DNA of 64,000 bases from Candidatus Bathyarchaeota archaeon (GTDB taxonomy: Archaea; Thermoproteota; Bathyarchaeia; Bathyarchaeales; Bathycorpusculaceae). The position numbers were made by a program, and so were the translations under genes. Location of the stretch: positions 2,016,001 to 2,080,000 of the forward strand of contig OY970280.1 of assembly GCA_963715865.1 (NCBI GenBank), in the 5' to 3' direction. Shown in pieces: positions 8,436-18,527 of the stretch (positions are counted from its first letter, which is position 1; each line of letters begins with the position of its first letter). A model generated the notes under the pieces. That model was not told the origin of the DNA. It was given only the letters and a program-made list of their open reading frames with translations, and searched no databases.

Positions 8436-8978
8436 TTAACTTGAAAGCGAATTGAGAGTTTCCTCTGCAAACCCGTCTATTCTAGCATGCACGTAAACAG
8501 CAATCGCAATTTCCAAAAGGATAATAACTGAAAGAAAAACGGCAAGAGACTTTGTTAAACTTACAAAAGCTTGCCCTACTTGGAAATCCACATCGCCATT
8601 AACGGTTACTAGCCAACTCCAGAAACTAGGCTTCTGCGTAACCATAAACATGCCTAAATCAAAGGTCATCCATAAGCATAAACCAACTAACGCAACAGCT
8701 AAGGCACAGCCGACTACTGTTAGGTTTTTCCAGTCTGAACTCAGGCGGGAAGAGCAGGTTACTTGTGTTCCAGAATCAACCGGTGCCAAATTGACGCTCA
8801 GTGTTTTCTTGGCTGTTCTCGGCGATATTCCCCATAGCGACCCCTGCTTAACTAAAATTTGCTTCGGCGGCTCTTCGGAAATTATCTTGCAGCCTTTCTC
8901 GATTAGAGCAGCTTTCAAATCTGCATATGCTTTATCAATTTCTACGCTGACGGTTCGCTCAAGCAACCATGACACCAC
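8436..8978 (-). CDS. Hypothetical membrane protein
   Basis: 180 aa; alpha/beta N-terminal domain and two TM helices. Confidence 0.65.
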   Translation of the reverse strand: MVSWLLERTVSVEIDKAYADLKAALIEKGCKIISEEPPKQILVKQGSLWGISPRTAKKTLSVNLAPVDSGTQVTCSSRLSSDWKNLTVVGCALAVALVGLCLWMTFDLGMFMVTQKPSFWSWLVTVNGDVDFQVGQAFVSLTKSLAVFLSVIILLEIAIAVYVHARIDGFAEETLNSLSS

Positions 8979-9001
8979 TTAATTCATTAAGCGTTTAGTT
9001 G

Positions 9002-9658
9002 CTATTGTGGTTTTTCATTAGACCTAAAAAGCTTCTTCTCATACTGCGACCTAGGCTTAAAACCCCTAATCTGCCGACGCGTCATGGCTCGTTGTCTTTC
9101 AAGATTCTTTATCCTAGCATAAAGCTTTGATACCTTGGTCTTAGACGGCACCTTAGACCTTGGCGCATGAACGGGCACAGGCGTGAATGGCTTGTTAATT
9201 TCAAGTTTGCGCCGTCCAGATTTCTTGAATGGAACGTTACGCACTTTCTTGAATACAACATAGCCGTCTTTGAGGTTTACTTCCTGCACTTCCCAGCCTG
9301 CATTCAACCAAGCCTTCGTATGAACGCTAGATGATGAATTGCTCCACCAAGCTTCATCTCTGAAAGCGTTCATCGGAAGGTTACTGCCAATTAAACCGTC
9401 TATTCTTGCGAAGGAAAGCTTTACTAACCCAGTGAAAGCAGCTCTAAACTTCAAGTGATTTTCAAGCCCATCATACTTAGATACCGACCGTGGCGAAACC
9501 ACTCGCCTAGCACAATGCAGGCATAACATCGCATTGGGGTCGCCAGTGGCAACATCAGGCACCATGCAGTCACGGCAGAACAGCTTCTTGCAACGTTGAC
9601 ACTTACGCATGTAAGCTACTCGAAGAACCCTACCGCAGATTCCACATTCATCCTTCAA
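9002..9658 (-). CDS. Zinc-finger plus DUF7662-like domain protein
   Basis: CxxC x3-4 N-terminus; SKYDGL...F..I..LIGSNLP...AWWSN...KAWLNAGWEV; basic tail. Confidence 0.65.
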   Translation of the reverse strand: MKDECGICGRVLRVAYMRKCQRCKKLFCRDCMVPDVATGDPNAMLCLHCARRVVSPRSVSKYDGLENHLKFRAAFTGLVKLSFARIDGLIGSNLPMNAFRDEAWWSNSSSSVHTKAWLNAGWEVQEVNLKDGYVVFKKVRNVPFKKSGRRKLEINKPFTPVPVHAPRSKVPSKTKVSKLYARIKNLERQRAMTRRQIRGFKPRSQYEKKLFRSNEKPQ

Positions 9659-9739
9659 CGACGAGCCGACCTTTTACCAAGCGAACTGAAAAATCGCTTA
9701 AACTACACTCCTCTTTTTAGACATATTAATTTTCACTTT

Positions 9740-11266
9740 TTAAGAAACCGATTTTGCCTGAAAATTATTGCCTCTAGATGTTAACTGTTGTAGGGTACCT
9801 TTGATTTCTTCCCAAATTAATCTAAGAAGCTCCCTCGCTTGCGTATCAATAGCTAGCAACAAGGCTGCGTAAATTGCAAATCCTACAATGGCTTTAGCCA
9901 ACGTAAAAATCAATGTAGATGTATTAGGAAGCAAGAAAAGTATAATCCCCATAAAGATGGATGCCAGAACGTATTTGGCTATGCTTTTCCAAGCAACAGG
10001 TAACCTAATTGAACGATGCATAAACAAGTATAGTCCAATGAAGGTTGAAAGATGGACGCCAATGAGTATTGCTATAACGTATACTACAGCTTGCACTGAC
10101 CCAGCCACTGGCATCAGCGTCAGAACGAAATAAGCTAAGGGTAAAGCAATTGCTGCCTGAATGTATGTAATGCTGAATACTTTGAAGATTTTGCTTCTGA
10201 CAAGTTTTCGAAGCGAAATTTTGCCTTCCGCGTCGAAGGCTTCTGCACCCATGAGGTATGAAGAGTAAAACTGAGAAATCAAAACCACTAATGTGTCAAT
10301 CGTTAATGCGATGAGAACCGGCCAAGCAACACTGTAAGATACATTCAGGATAGTTAAGAATGAGACAGACATAATCATTGTTATGGTGGATAATGGAATC
10401 GCAAACATTAACACTGTTCTAAACGATACTCCTACATCTTCGTCTGGACAAGTTTTAGCCAACAGCTTAGGATACAACGCGAACGCCAAAGAAGCAGAAT
10501 ACCCGATTATATTCGTAAAAGTGAAAGCAGCTTGGTAATAAGCTCTAGTGCCTGATCCACCATATAAGAAAAGCAAGATAAGGACAAACGAGACCAATTG
10601 CCCGCCAATAGCGTTATAGGCAATTGCAGCTGACCCTTTAAGCCATTCTTTAAGGTAGCCCCAGTTTGCTTTTTGCTTAAATTCGCCAGACAAAAGCCGC
10701 ACATAATATAATACTTGAACTAAGGCGGAAATAACTAAGGCTAGCATTGCCCCAAGGAATAACTGTCCTAAACCCACTATAACCAGTAAAGCAACAGCAA
10801 CTTTCACTACTTCCTCAATCAGCAAACCATACCCAATTACCTGAGGCTTCATTGAACGCAAAACGCTTTCAAAAACGGTGACCATATAAAAATTAAAAAT
10901 ATACAATCCTGATACGAGGTAGACTAGTAAGTAAGCTTCGGTTCCAATTGCTCTTGAAATCAGAACTATGGCAGGGAGATAAATTAAAACTGAAATAAGA
11001 GCTATAGACAATTGCCCTAAAGTGCCAGTTTTGACAGTTCCCTCTTTGCCTCTCGCCATAAACCGAGTTGCCCAGAAAGGCAACACGCTGCTGAAAAGCA
11101 TAAAGTACCCAGTGTAATCAAAAATGTTCGTCCAAATACCATACTCGCTTGTGTTCATATTTCGGGTAAGCAAAAGCGTAAACACAAGTCCAGTAATTAT
11201 GCTCAGTACTTGAGATGAAAAAATGATGAATCCACTGTACTGAAGCCTTATTTGATTTTTGCTCAA
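9740..11266 (-). CDS. Oligosaccharide flippase (Wzx/MATE-like exporter)
   Basis: 508 aa with 12-14 TM; Wzx-like start (LLTRNMNTSEYGIW). Confidence 0.75.
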   Translation of the reverse strand: MSKNQIRLQYSGFIIFSSQVLSIITGLVFTLLLTRNMNTSEYGIWTNIFDYTGYFMLFSSVLPFWATRFMARGKEGTVKTGTLGQLSIALISVLIYLPAIVLISRAIGTEAYLLVYLVSGLYIFNFYMVTVFESVLRSMKPQVIGYGLLIEEVVKVAVALLVIVGLGQLFLGAMLALVISALVQVLYYVRLLSGEFKQKANWGYLKEWLKGSAAIAYNAIGGQLVSFVLILLFLYGGSGTRAYYQAAFTFTNIIGYSASLAFALYPKLLAKTCPDEDVGVSFRTVLMFAIPLSTITMIMSVSFLTILNVSYSVAWPVLIALTIDTLVVLISQFYSSYLMGAEAFDAEGKISLRKLVRSKIFKVFSITYIQAAIALPLAYFVLTLMPVAGSVQAVVYVIAILIGVHLSTFIGLYLFMHRSIRLPVAWKSIAKYVLASIFMGIILFLLPNTSTLIFTLAKAIVGFAIYAALLLAIDTQARELLRLIWEEIKGTLQQLTSRGNNFQAKSVS

Positions 11267-11398
11267 GTGATACTTTCCTGCTTCGATTGGCGATTTAAGT
11301 AATAGTGCATTGTCAAACTTCTAGATATACAATTTCCCAAATAACCTACAAAACAAGCATTTACAATAAGAAAAAGTGAAAAAACGGTTGATTAATTC

Positions 11399-12877
11399 TC
11401 ACCCTTTTACAACTGCTAACGGAACAAGCCTTGCAACTTTAGTGGCAATCCCAATCTTGTCACTAACGTCAACAACCACATCCACATTCTTGTACGCAAG
11501 GTCAGCCTCCTCAGCCAAAACCGAGGCACTTGCAGCACGAACAACAATTCCCCGCTTCTCCAAGGCAGCTTTTACATCTCCACCCCAATACTGCCTTTTT
11601 GCAGCCGAACGGCTCATCATTCTGCCTGCTCCATGCGCTGTTGAACCAAAAGTTAAATCCATAGCTTTCTCTGAACCTACCAGAACCCATGAGCTTGTGC
11701 CCATGCTGCCTGGAATAAGCACTGGTTGTCCTTCACTGCGGTAATCGGCTGGAATATCAGGGTGCCCAGCTGGGAAGGCGCGTGTTGCTCCTTTACGGTG
11801 AACCCAAACCTTCTTTTCTCCACCGTCAATCTTGTGAGTTTCAACTTTGGCAATGTTATGAGCCACATCGTAAACGAGTTTTAACCCGAATTTTTCAGGC
11901 GGCTCATGGAAAACTTGCTGGAAACTTTGTCTAACCCAATGCATAATTGCATGACGATTAGAAAAAGCATAGTTGACAGCGCAAGCCATAGCTTGGAAGT
12001 AATCACGGGCTTCATTGCTGTTTCCAGGTGCACAGGCTAATTCGCGGTCAGGTAACATTATCTTGTACTTTTGCACTGCATGCTCCATAACTCTCAGGTA
12101 ATCAGAACAGACCTGGTGACCGTAGCCTCTTGAGCCGCAATGAATCATTACTGTAACTTGACCTTCTTGCGTAATTCCAAAAGTCTTAGCTGTTTTAGGA
12201 TTATAGATTTTATCTACCTTTTGTATCTCTAAGAAGTGGTTTCCTGAACCCAAAGTGCCAATCTGAGTTATTCCCCTGCTCTTAGCGGTAGACGAAACCT
12301 TATCTGGGTCTGCATTAGCCATGCAGCCTTGTTCTTCACAGTGCTCTGCGTCTTCAGTCCAACCAAACCCGCGTTTAATAAGCCACGGCACACCCTCAAC
12401 TACCAAACGGTCTAAGTCGGCAGAGGATATTGTGAGGTCTTTTCGTCTGCTTCCAAGCCCAGAAGGGACATTACGGAAAATGGTGTCTGCTAACGGTGCA
12501 AGTTTGGGTCGAATCTCTTTTTCCGTGAGCGTTGTTGCTAATAGGCGGACACCACAGTTAATGTCATAACCTACACCACCAGGACTGATAACGCCTTCAT
12601 CGTAGTCGGTTGCGGCAACGCCGCCTATTGGAAAACCGTAACCTTCATGCCCATCGGGCAATGTTATTGCATGCTTGTAAATTCCAGGCAACCATGTCAC
12701 GTTTGTACATTGCCAAAGAGTCCGATCAGTCTTCATCTTTTCTAAAAGAGCTTCATTGGCGAAAACCATACCCGGAACTCTCATGCCTGACTTGTATTTT
12801 GGGATACGCCAAGCGTAATCGTTTACTTTTTCTAGAGGGATTTCTTCTGGCGCTCTTCTACTTTCACTTTCACCCAA
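11399..12877 (-). CDS. rtcB: tRNA-splicing ligase RtcB
   Basis: LPDGHEGYGFPIGGV, GVGYDINCG, GTLGSGNHFLE, HRKGAT and STAHGAGR motifs. Confidence 0.97.
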   Translation of the reverse strand: MGESESRRAPEEIPLEKVNDYAWRIPKYKSGMRVPGMVFANEALLEKMKTDRTLWQCTNVTWLPGIYKHAITLPDGHEGYGFPIGGVAATDYDEGVISPGGVGYDINCGVRLLATTLTEKEIRPKLAPLADTIFRNVPSGLGSRRKDLTISSADLDRLVVEGVPWLIKRGFGWTEDAEHCEEQGCMANADPDKVSSTAKSRGITQIGTLGSGNHFLEIQKVDKIYNPKTAKTFGITQEGQVTVMIHCGSRGYGHQVCSDYLRVMEHAVQKYKIMLPDRELACAPGNSNEARDYFQAMACAVNYAFSNRHAIMHWVRQSFQQVFHEPPEKFGLKLVYDVAHNIAKVETHKIDGGEKKVWVHRKGATRAFPAGHPDIPADYRSEGQPVLIPGSMGTSSWVLVGSEKAMDLTFGSTAHGAGRMMSRSAAKRQYWGGDVKAALEKRGIVVRAASASVLAEEADLAYKNVDVVVDVSDKIGIATKVARLVPLAVVKG

Positions 12878-12922
12878 AATTTCTCACCTTAAAAAACAAA
12901 GTGGAAAGACACTATAAAACGT

Positions 12923-13843
12923 TTATGAACTTTGTTTAGCCTGTGTTTGTTTGGCGTAATCAATAAAGCCTTGAACGCTGTTTCCAAGAGCTGTCCTTGA
13001 GTAAATACGATGGGACCTCAAGTAATCTGCAAGCTGGCGCATAACCTTGTCCTCAGCAATTATTCTATCACGTATCTCCTCCAAACTTTGGTTTTTCCTG
13101 GCGCCTTCTTCTGCGATTTTTGCCCATAACTGAAGCTGCAACTTGTAATCTTTCAGGCGTTGAACTCCGTTTGAGGCTTTTCCGAAATGACTATAATACA
13201 AAACTGTCGGCTTAAGGCTGATTAATTTATCTAAGGAAGCTAATGCCAAGTCAAGATGGAAAGGAGGCGGCGTAGTGGGCATTACCACATCGAACTCTGG
13301 AAAATACGTGCCAGCAGCATCCCCTGGGAAAACTCCACCGTTTAACGATTCGTGGAAGCTAAGGTTGTGTGAAGCGTGACCGAGCGTTTCAATAACCCTC
13401 AATTTGGCGCCATCATCCAAATCAAAGGAGCCCTCAGTAACAGGAATTATCCGTTCTTTTGGAACAGGTTCAGGCTTACCGAAAATTTCGCTCACAAACC
13501 CGAGAACCGCCTGAGACGATGGCCAAAGCCTCTCAGGATTAATCAAATGAGGCATTCCTCGTGGGTGGACGAGGACTTTTGCGTTAGGCAGAAACTTTAG
13601 CAATGTGCCAGCGCCGCCCCCGTGGTCTAAGTGAACATGCGTAACGGCAACATATTCAACATCCTCAAAGTTTATGTTGAGTTCTTTTAAGCCAGAAACA
13701 AGTTTGGGCACCGAAGAAGTTGGACCCGACTCCACAAGGATGGTTTTAGCGCCTTTTATTATGTAACTGCAAATGAGGTTTTTGAATCCTCCAGTTTCTA
13801 GCTCGACTTGAAACAGGTTTTTTCCGATTTCTTTTGTATGCAA
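12923..13843 (-). CDS. MBL-fold metallo-hydrolase
   Basis: THVHLDHGGG, GHASH and GDAAG motifs. Confidence 0.9.
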   Translation of the reverse strand: MHTKEIGKNLFQVELETGGFKNLICSYIIKGAKTILVESGPTSSVPKLVSGLKELNINFEDVEYVAVTHVHLDHGGGAGTLLKFLPNAKVLVHPRGMPHLINPERLWPSSQAVLGFVSEIFGKPEPVPKERIIPVTEGSFDLDDGAKLRVIETLGHASHNLSFHESLNGGVFPGDAAGTYFPEFDVVMPTTPPPFHLDLALASLDKLISLKPTVLYYSHFGKASNGVQRLKDYKLQLQLWAKIAEEGARKNQSLEEIRDRIIAEDKVMRQLADYLRSHRIYSRTALGNSVQGFIDYAKQTQAKQSS

Positions 13844-13973
13844 ATGTTCACCTTAGTAAAGTTTGATAAGTGCTGTTATGCCATAAACGTTTCCGTGAAA
13901 TTACGGGGACAACGCGTAAAATTTAATTATTCATTACGATTCTATGGAAGAGGCTAACAGAGGGCAAAAATAG

Positions 13974-14627
13974 TTGAAAGCAATTATCTTCGGAGCACCA
14001 GGCTCTGGAAAAGGCACCTACGCTTCAAGGCTTCAAACAAAACTTGACATTGACGTAATCGCAATGGGAGACATTTTCCGCGAGTTAATGAAGCAAGACT
14101 CAGAATTAGGCAGGAAAGTTAAGGTTTACGTGGAAAAGGGGCTTCTTGTCCCAGACGAAATTGTCATAGAAGTACTAAAGCAACGCTTAAACAAAATTCC
14201 AAAAGGAAAAGGCTTCATTCTGGATGGGTACCCACGGACGCTTGAGCAAGCTAAAACCCTAGACGCCATCACTAAAATTGACGCCATACTGCTGCTGGAT
14301 GTTTCAGATTGGATTATTATTGAACGCTTATCTTCGCGTAGAATATGCCGTAACTGTGGAACCGTTTACAACGTTCGCTTCTTAAAGCCTAAAGTGGAAG
14401 GCATCTGTGACAAATGCGGTGGACCCTTATACCAGCGTTCAGATGATAACCCTGAAGTTATTAAGAAACGACTGCAAGTGTACCAAGAACAGACAAGCCC
14501 GCTCTTAGAGTACTTTAAGGAGAAAAAAGTGCCATTCGTCGCTTCAAGCACCCCAACACTTGATACACCACCAGAACTAATAGTTGACAAGATAATAACG
14601 GAACTGAAGAAACTGAAATTAGCCTAA
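13974..14627 (+). CDS. adk: Adenylate kinase (bacterial type, Zn-LID)
   Basis: GAPGSGKGT P-loop, LDGYPRT, CRNC/CDKC lid, QRSDD. Confidence 0.95.
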   Translation: MKAIIFGAPGSGKGTYASRLQTKLDIDVIAMGDIFRELMKQDSELGRKVKVYVEKGLLVPDEIVIEVLKQRLNKIPKGKGFILDGYPRTLEQAKTLDAITKIDAILLLDVSDWIIIERLSSRRICRNCGTVYNVRFLKPKVEGICDKCGGPLYQRSDDNPEVIKKRLQVYQEQTSPLLEYFKEKKVPFVASSTPTLDTPPELIVDKIITELKKLKLA

Positions 14628-15073
14628 ATGTCTAAAATGAACTCTAAGATAACTCGGTCCCTTTCCATTATGATTACCATTCTATGGTAAGTGACAGCTT
14701 TAACAGCGACCTTCTGCGGGTGCTTTTGGGCGTCAAATTTTTCGCCCCAAATTTTTGCTTTGATTTTGAAGTTTTCAGCTGTTTCTTCCCAGCTTGTTAT
14801 TTGAAATTTTGAGTAAAGCGTATTTTCGGTTTCAAACTTTACAAGTAACGCTTCAAGCCAATTATAAAGGAGCGCATATTGGTCTTCAGCTTCAACCTCT
14901 ACAGTTTCCTCTTGCGTCTGAGCGACTTCATCGGTGTCAGTCATAACCTCGAACATTGCAAGCGCAGCATTTTCGTAGGCTTCCTCCATTGTTTTGCCGT
15001 GTGCTCGAATGTAAACGTCAGCGGTATGTTCTAGAAACTCAAATTTTCCTGCGAACTTTTCTGGTGTATCCAT
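14624..15073 (-). CDS. Archease
   Basis: FEFLEHTADV...VKAVTYH...ILDI. Confidence 0.95.
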   Translation of the reverse strand: MDTPEKFAGKFEFLEHTADVYIRAHGKTMEEAYENAALAMFEVMTDTDEVAQTQEETVEVEAEDQYALLYNWLEALLVKFETENTLYSKFQITSWEETAENFKIKAKIWGEKFDAQKHPQKVAVKAVTYHRMVIIMERDRVILEFILDI

Positions 15074-15140
15074 AATGTTGAGCCACGCTAGTAATGACTT
15101 AGTGAATGTTTAAAAACGCTTTCGCTTGTCCGAAAAAACA

Positions 15141-15653
15141 TCATTTGTTTTCCAATTCAAGAAAATTTTCAATGGCAGTTTTAATAAGATTGGCACATAC
15201 TTTCTCAAAGACCCTTTCCTGCCGAGCTTTAGCTGCCATTTCAGGAATGGATAAGTCATACTTGATTAGGTCTCGACATAAAACAGTGCCATGCTGCTTC
15301 TCAAATTGCTTATAAAGCGTTTGAGCGGTAGCGTAGGCTTTTGCTCGTTTTTCAACTCCAGTCTCGTTAGGTGCATATTTGATTCCCACTGCCATGATAC
15401 TGCCAGTCAGTGCTCCACATACAGAGCCACATCGTCCTATGCCGCCGCCAAAACCAGCGGCTATTTTTGGAATAAGCTTGTTCTTGCCTTCTGTATCTAT
15501 GTGCTCATATAACGTTAACAGGACGCTTTGGGCGCAGTTGTAGCCACCCTGAAAGCGGATGATGGCTTTTTCAGCAAGCGCCTGACTAGATGACACAGTT
15601 TTTTCCCCATTGCCCGCTTCAGAAGTACTTTGAAATTCTTTGTATTGCGGCAA
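15141..15653 (-). CDS. C_GCAxxG_C_C family redox protein (start may be the GTG at 15596)
   Basis: GYNCAQSV, GFGGGIG..GSVCGALTG, VLCRDL and C-terminal C motifs. Confidence 0.85.
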   Translation of the reverse strand: MPQYKEFQSTSEAGNGEKTVSSSQALAEKAIIRFQGGYNCAQSVLLTLYEHIDTEGKNKLIPKIAAGFGGGIGRCGSVCGALTGSIMAVGIKYAPNETGVEKRAKAYATAQTLYKQFEKQHGTVLCRDLIKYDLSIPEMAAKARQERVFEKVCANLIKTAIENFLELENK

Positions 15654-16668
15654 CTGTAAGTTTGGCTGAGTTCTCTATGTCCTTCAAGTTTAACATGCCT
15701 ACTGGACTGTGAATGTAACGTGTGGGTATAGATACTGTGCCGCTGGGAATGCCCTGCCTTGTTATGGAAATCCGTGCAGCGTCAGTTGAGCCAAGTAATC
15801 CTGATTCAAGCTGGAAGGGGATTTTTTCTTCTTCCGCCGTGTCCAAAAGCCACCGCAAAACCTTCGGGTGAGTAATCAAGCCAGAATCGGAAATCGTGAG
15901 CGCTGGGCCTTTACCCATCTTCACGCTGGTGTCAAACTCTCTCACGCCAGGAACATCACCGGCTATTGTCACGTCAAGCGCTAATGCTAAATCAGGGTCC
16001 ACACCGAAAGCTGCTGTTGCTGCACCGCGTAAGCCTACTTCCTCCTGCACAGTACCTACGGCGCAGACTGTGCAGTCAGTTTTTTCCATCAATTTGAGAG
16101 CTTCAACCATTGCAACACAGCCAGCACGGTTGTCGAAGGCTTTGCCGATAACAACATCCTTGCCTAACTGAGCATATTTTACATCAAAACCCACGGAGTC
16201 ACCGATTGCAACGCCTAATGCAGCAGCGTCTTCTTTGCTTTCTGCACCAATGTCGATGAAAAGCTCATCGAAAGTTATGACTTTTTTTCGTTCCTCTTCT
16301 TTCTGGATGTGTGGCGGTTTTGAACCGATTATGCCTGGGAACGTGCCTTTTCTTGAGAAAACTATAACCTTCTGAGCAGGCAGAATGCGGTCATCGATTC
16401 CGCCCATTTTAGTAAATTGCAGGAACCCTTCTTTTGTGATTGTTTTCACCATTAAGCCAACTTCGTCCATGTGAGCGGCAAGCATGATTTTAGGGGCAGG
16501 TGATTTTCCTTTTTTAATGGCAATAACGTTTTCAAGTCTATCTACAACTATTTCGTCCGCGTAGGGTTTCATTAGTTGAATCATTAATTCTCTGACTTCG
16601 TTTTCTCTGCCTGTAACTCCGCAGGCATTCGAGAGCTTCTCTAAATTCTCATTTAATGACAAACACAT
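15619..16668 (-). CDS. M42 family aminopeptidase
   Basis: AAHMDEVG, KAFDNRAG, VQEEVGLRGA, GSTDA and TRYIHSP motifs. Confidence 0.93.
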   Translation of the reverse strand: MCLSLNENLEKLSNACGVTGRENEVRELMIQLMKPYADEIVVDRLENVIAIKKGKSPAPKIMLAAHMDEVGLMVKTITKEGFLQFTKMGGIDDRILPAQKVIVFSRKGTFPGIIGSKPPHIQKEEERKKVITFDELFIDIGAESKEDAAALGVAIGDSVGFDVKYAQLGKDVVIGKAFDNRAGCVAMVEALKLMEKTDCTVCAVGTVQEEVGLRGAATAAFGVDPDLALALDVTIAGDVPGVREFDTSVKMGKGPALTISDSGLITHPKVLRWLLDTAEEEKIPFQLESGLLGSTDAARISITRQGIPSGTVSIPTRYIHSPVGMLNLKDIENSAKLTVAAIQRISKYF

Positions 16669-16793
16669 TGCCTTCTTGAGATTTGTTTGGTTACAATCTG
16701 AAAACTAAGTTATTAAACGATTGCGGTTCACTATGCTTTTTTAGTTAATTTCAAAAGATAAAAAGGTGGAAAGCTTTCCGCTTCAGAGCATTA

Positions 16794-17006
16794 TCAGATT
16801 GCTTGTCTTGGTTGTTGATGCCTAATCTCCATGTAATCCGTGAGCAACGGCACGCCTTGTATTAGAAGAAAGATGCCGATTATTATTCCGACTAATGCTG
16901 GGAACACTATGAGTATTATGCCGAAGATAATGCAGAATGCCGCTAAGACTGGCCTTGAAACGGTTACGCCTATTCGCCTTAAGTCCTTTTCAGCAACATC
17001 CGCCAA
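16794..17006 (-). CDS. Small membrane protein (DUF3096-like)
   Basis: 70 aa hairpin: IIFGIILIVFP.LV..IIGIFLLIQG. Confidence 0.65.
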   Translation of the reverse strand: MADVAEKDLRRIGVTVSRPVLAAFCIIFGIILIVFPALVGIIIGIFLLIQGVPLLTDYMEIRHQQPRQAI

Positions 17007-17113
17007 AAATATTCCTCCCTCAAAATCTTCGGGAACAGCACTATTAAAACTATGGGAAGTGGATAATTCTTAAATTGTTAAACTGCATTCACAAACAGGT
17101 TAGGTGCAAAAAA

Positions 17114-18049
17114 TTGACACAACCAAGTTTCAAAACAGTTTTCGTTTTCCTTGACACAGACAAATATTGCAGCCCATTCGACATGCTCGTAGCAATAGAC
17201 GCATTCCCAGACTCAATGATATTCAAATATGAAAACGTGACCGGTGAAGATGCCGCCAAAATCGTTTACGATACGCTGTTTCCACGTGGACCAGAAGGCG
17301 CAAAACACACCAAGATATTCATCAACGGAAGCAACTTTGACATGGTCAACGAAGTTGTCGCCGCAACCCAGAAATGCATGGCATCAGCCCCATGGGGAAA
17401 CTCCATAATCGTTGACCCACGAGGCGGATACTCAACAGCCGCTGCCGCAGTAGCAAAAACACTCGGTGCAGCACTTGAGAAGGGCTTTGGCACTTTAGAA
17501 GGCAAAAAAGTCACGGTGCTGGCTGGAACAGGACCAGTAGGGCAAACAGCTGCAAGAATTTACGCTTCAGAGAAAGCCAACGTAACCATAACGTCCCGCT
17601 CAATGGCAAAAGGGCAAGCTGTTGCTGACAAGATTAACAAGGAAGTCGGTGCACAAAGAGTCAAAGTTGTCGAAGTGACAAGTTCTGAGCAAACCGGCGC
17701 AGCTATCAAAGACGCGGAAATCGTACTCGCTGCAGGCGCAGGCGGAATCCAATTGCTCTCAGCAGCGGAACTGAACAAGTATGGTGCAACATGCAAAATC
17801 GTCGCTGACATCAACGCCATCAAACCCTTAGGTGTTGAAGGCTTAGGCTCAAACGACGACGGTAAAGAACTGAAACCAGGCGTTTACGGCATAGGCGCAT
17901 TAGCAATCGGCAAATTGAAAATTAAGACTGAAACAGAAATGATTAAACGCGCAACCACCGAGCCGCAAGGACTCTTTGACTACTCAATCGCTTACACCAT
18001 CGCCAAAGACTCCATACTAAAGAAACTAGCAAAAGCAGCTGCTAAATAA
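17114..18049 (+). CDS. mtd: NAD(P)-dependent methylene-tetrahydromethanopterin/tetrahydrofolate dehydrogenase (MtdA/B-like)
   Basis: LDTDKYCSPFD, FPRGP, DPRGGYSTAAA, GTGPVG and DINAIKPLGVEG motifs; TTG start inferred. Confidence 0.85.
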   Translation: MTQPSFKTVFVFLDTDKYCSPFDMLVAIDAFPDSMIFKYENVTGEDAAKIVYDTLFPRGPEGAKHTKIFINGSNFDMVNEVVAATQKCMASAPWGNSIIVDPRGGYSTAAAAVAKTLGAALEKGFGTLEGKKVTVLAGTGPVGQTAARIYASEKANVTITSRSMAKGQAVADKINKEVGAQRVKVVEVTSSEQTGAAIKDAEIVLAAGAGGIQLLSAAELNKYGATCKIVADINAIKPLGVEGLGSNDDGKELKPGVYGIGALAIGKLKIKTETEMIKRATTEPQGLFDYSIAYTIAKDSILKKLAKAAAK

Positions 18050-18088
18050 TTAGCAAGCTATCTTTTCATCTTTTTCTTTTTAACTAAA

Positions 18089-18463
18089 CTATCTTTTCCT
18101 TTTCCGTTGTTTTTCAGTGTCAACGTCTTTGGCTTCTGCCATTATAACAACATCTTTAACGGTTGTCGGTTTGTTTGTGGCTTTAAGCACTAACCGTTCT
18201 CTCCATCCACATTCGCGACACTCATATTTGGGTGGAGTAAAACCCATGTGAGTCGACATATCCCCAACCATAGAACCAACCTGGCGAACCAATGGGCTCT
18301 TGCATTTAGGGCAAACTTGAATGTCAACGTATTTTTTCTCTTTTTCCAGCTCTTCCAGCCTTTCGACTATCTTTGGCAAAAGTTCGCTTTCTACCTGTTC
18401 GTTTTCTAAAAGGCTAATTTGCCGTTTTTTCTTTTTCTTCTTTTTCTGCTGTTCTTCCGACAT
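18089..18463 (-). CDS. Hypothetical zinc-ribbon protein
   Basis: CPKC...CRECG with charged termini. Confidence 0.7.
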   Translation of the reverse strand: MSEEQQKKKKKKKRQISLLENEQVESELLPKIVERLEELEKEKKYVDIQVCPKCKSPLVRQVGSMVGDMSTHMGFTPPKYECRECGWRERLVLKATNKPTTVKDVVIMAEAKDVDTEKQRKRKR

Positions 18464-18527
18464 TAAAGAGCACTAACTAGGCAATTAATTTTGGATTGGA
18501 TAAAAGATTTTTGGAAATAAAAAGTGG

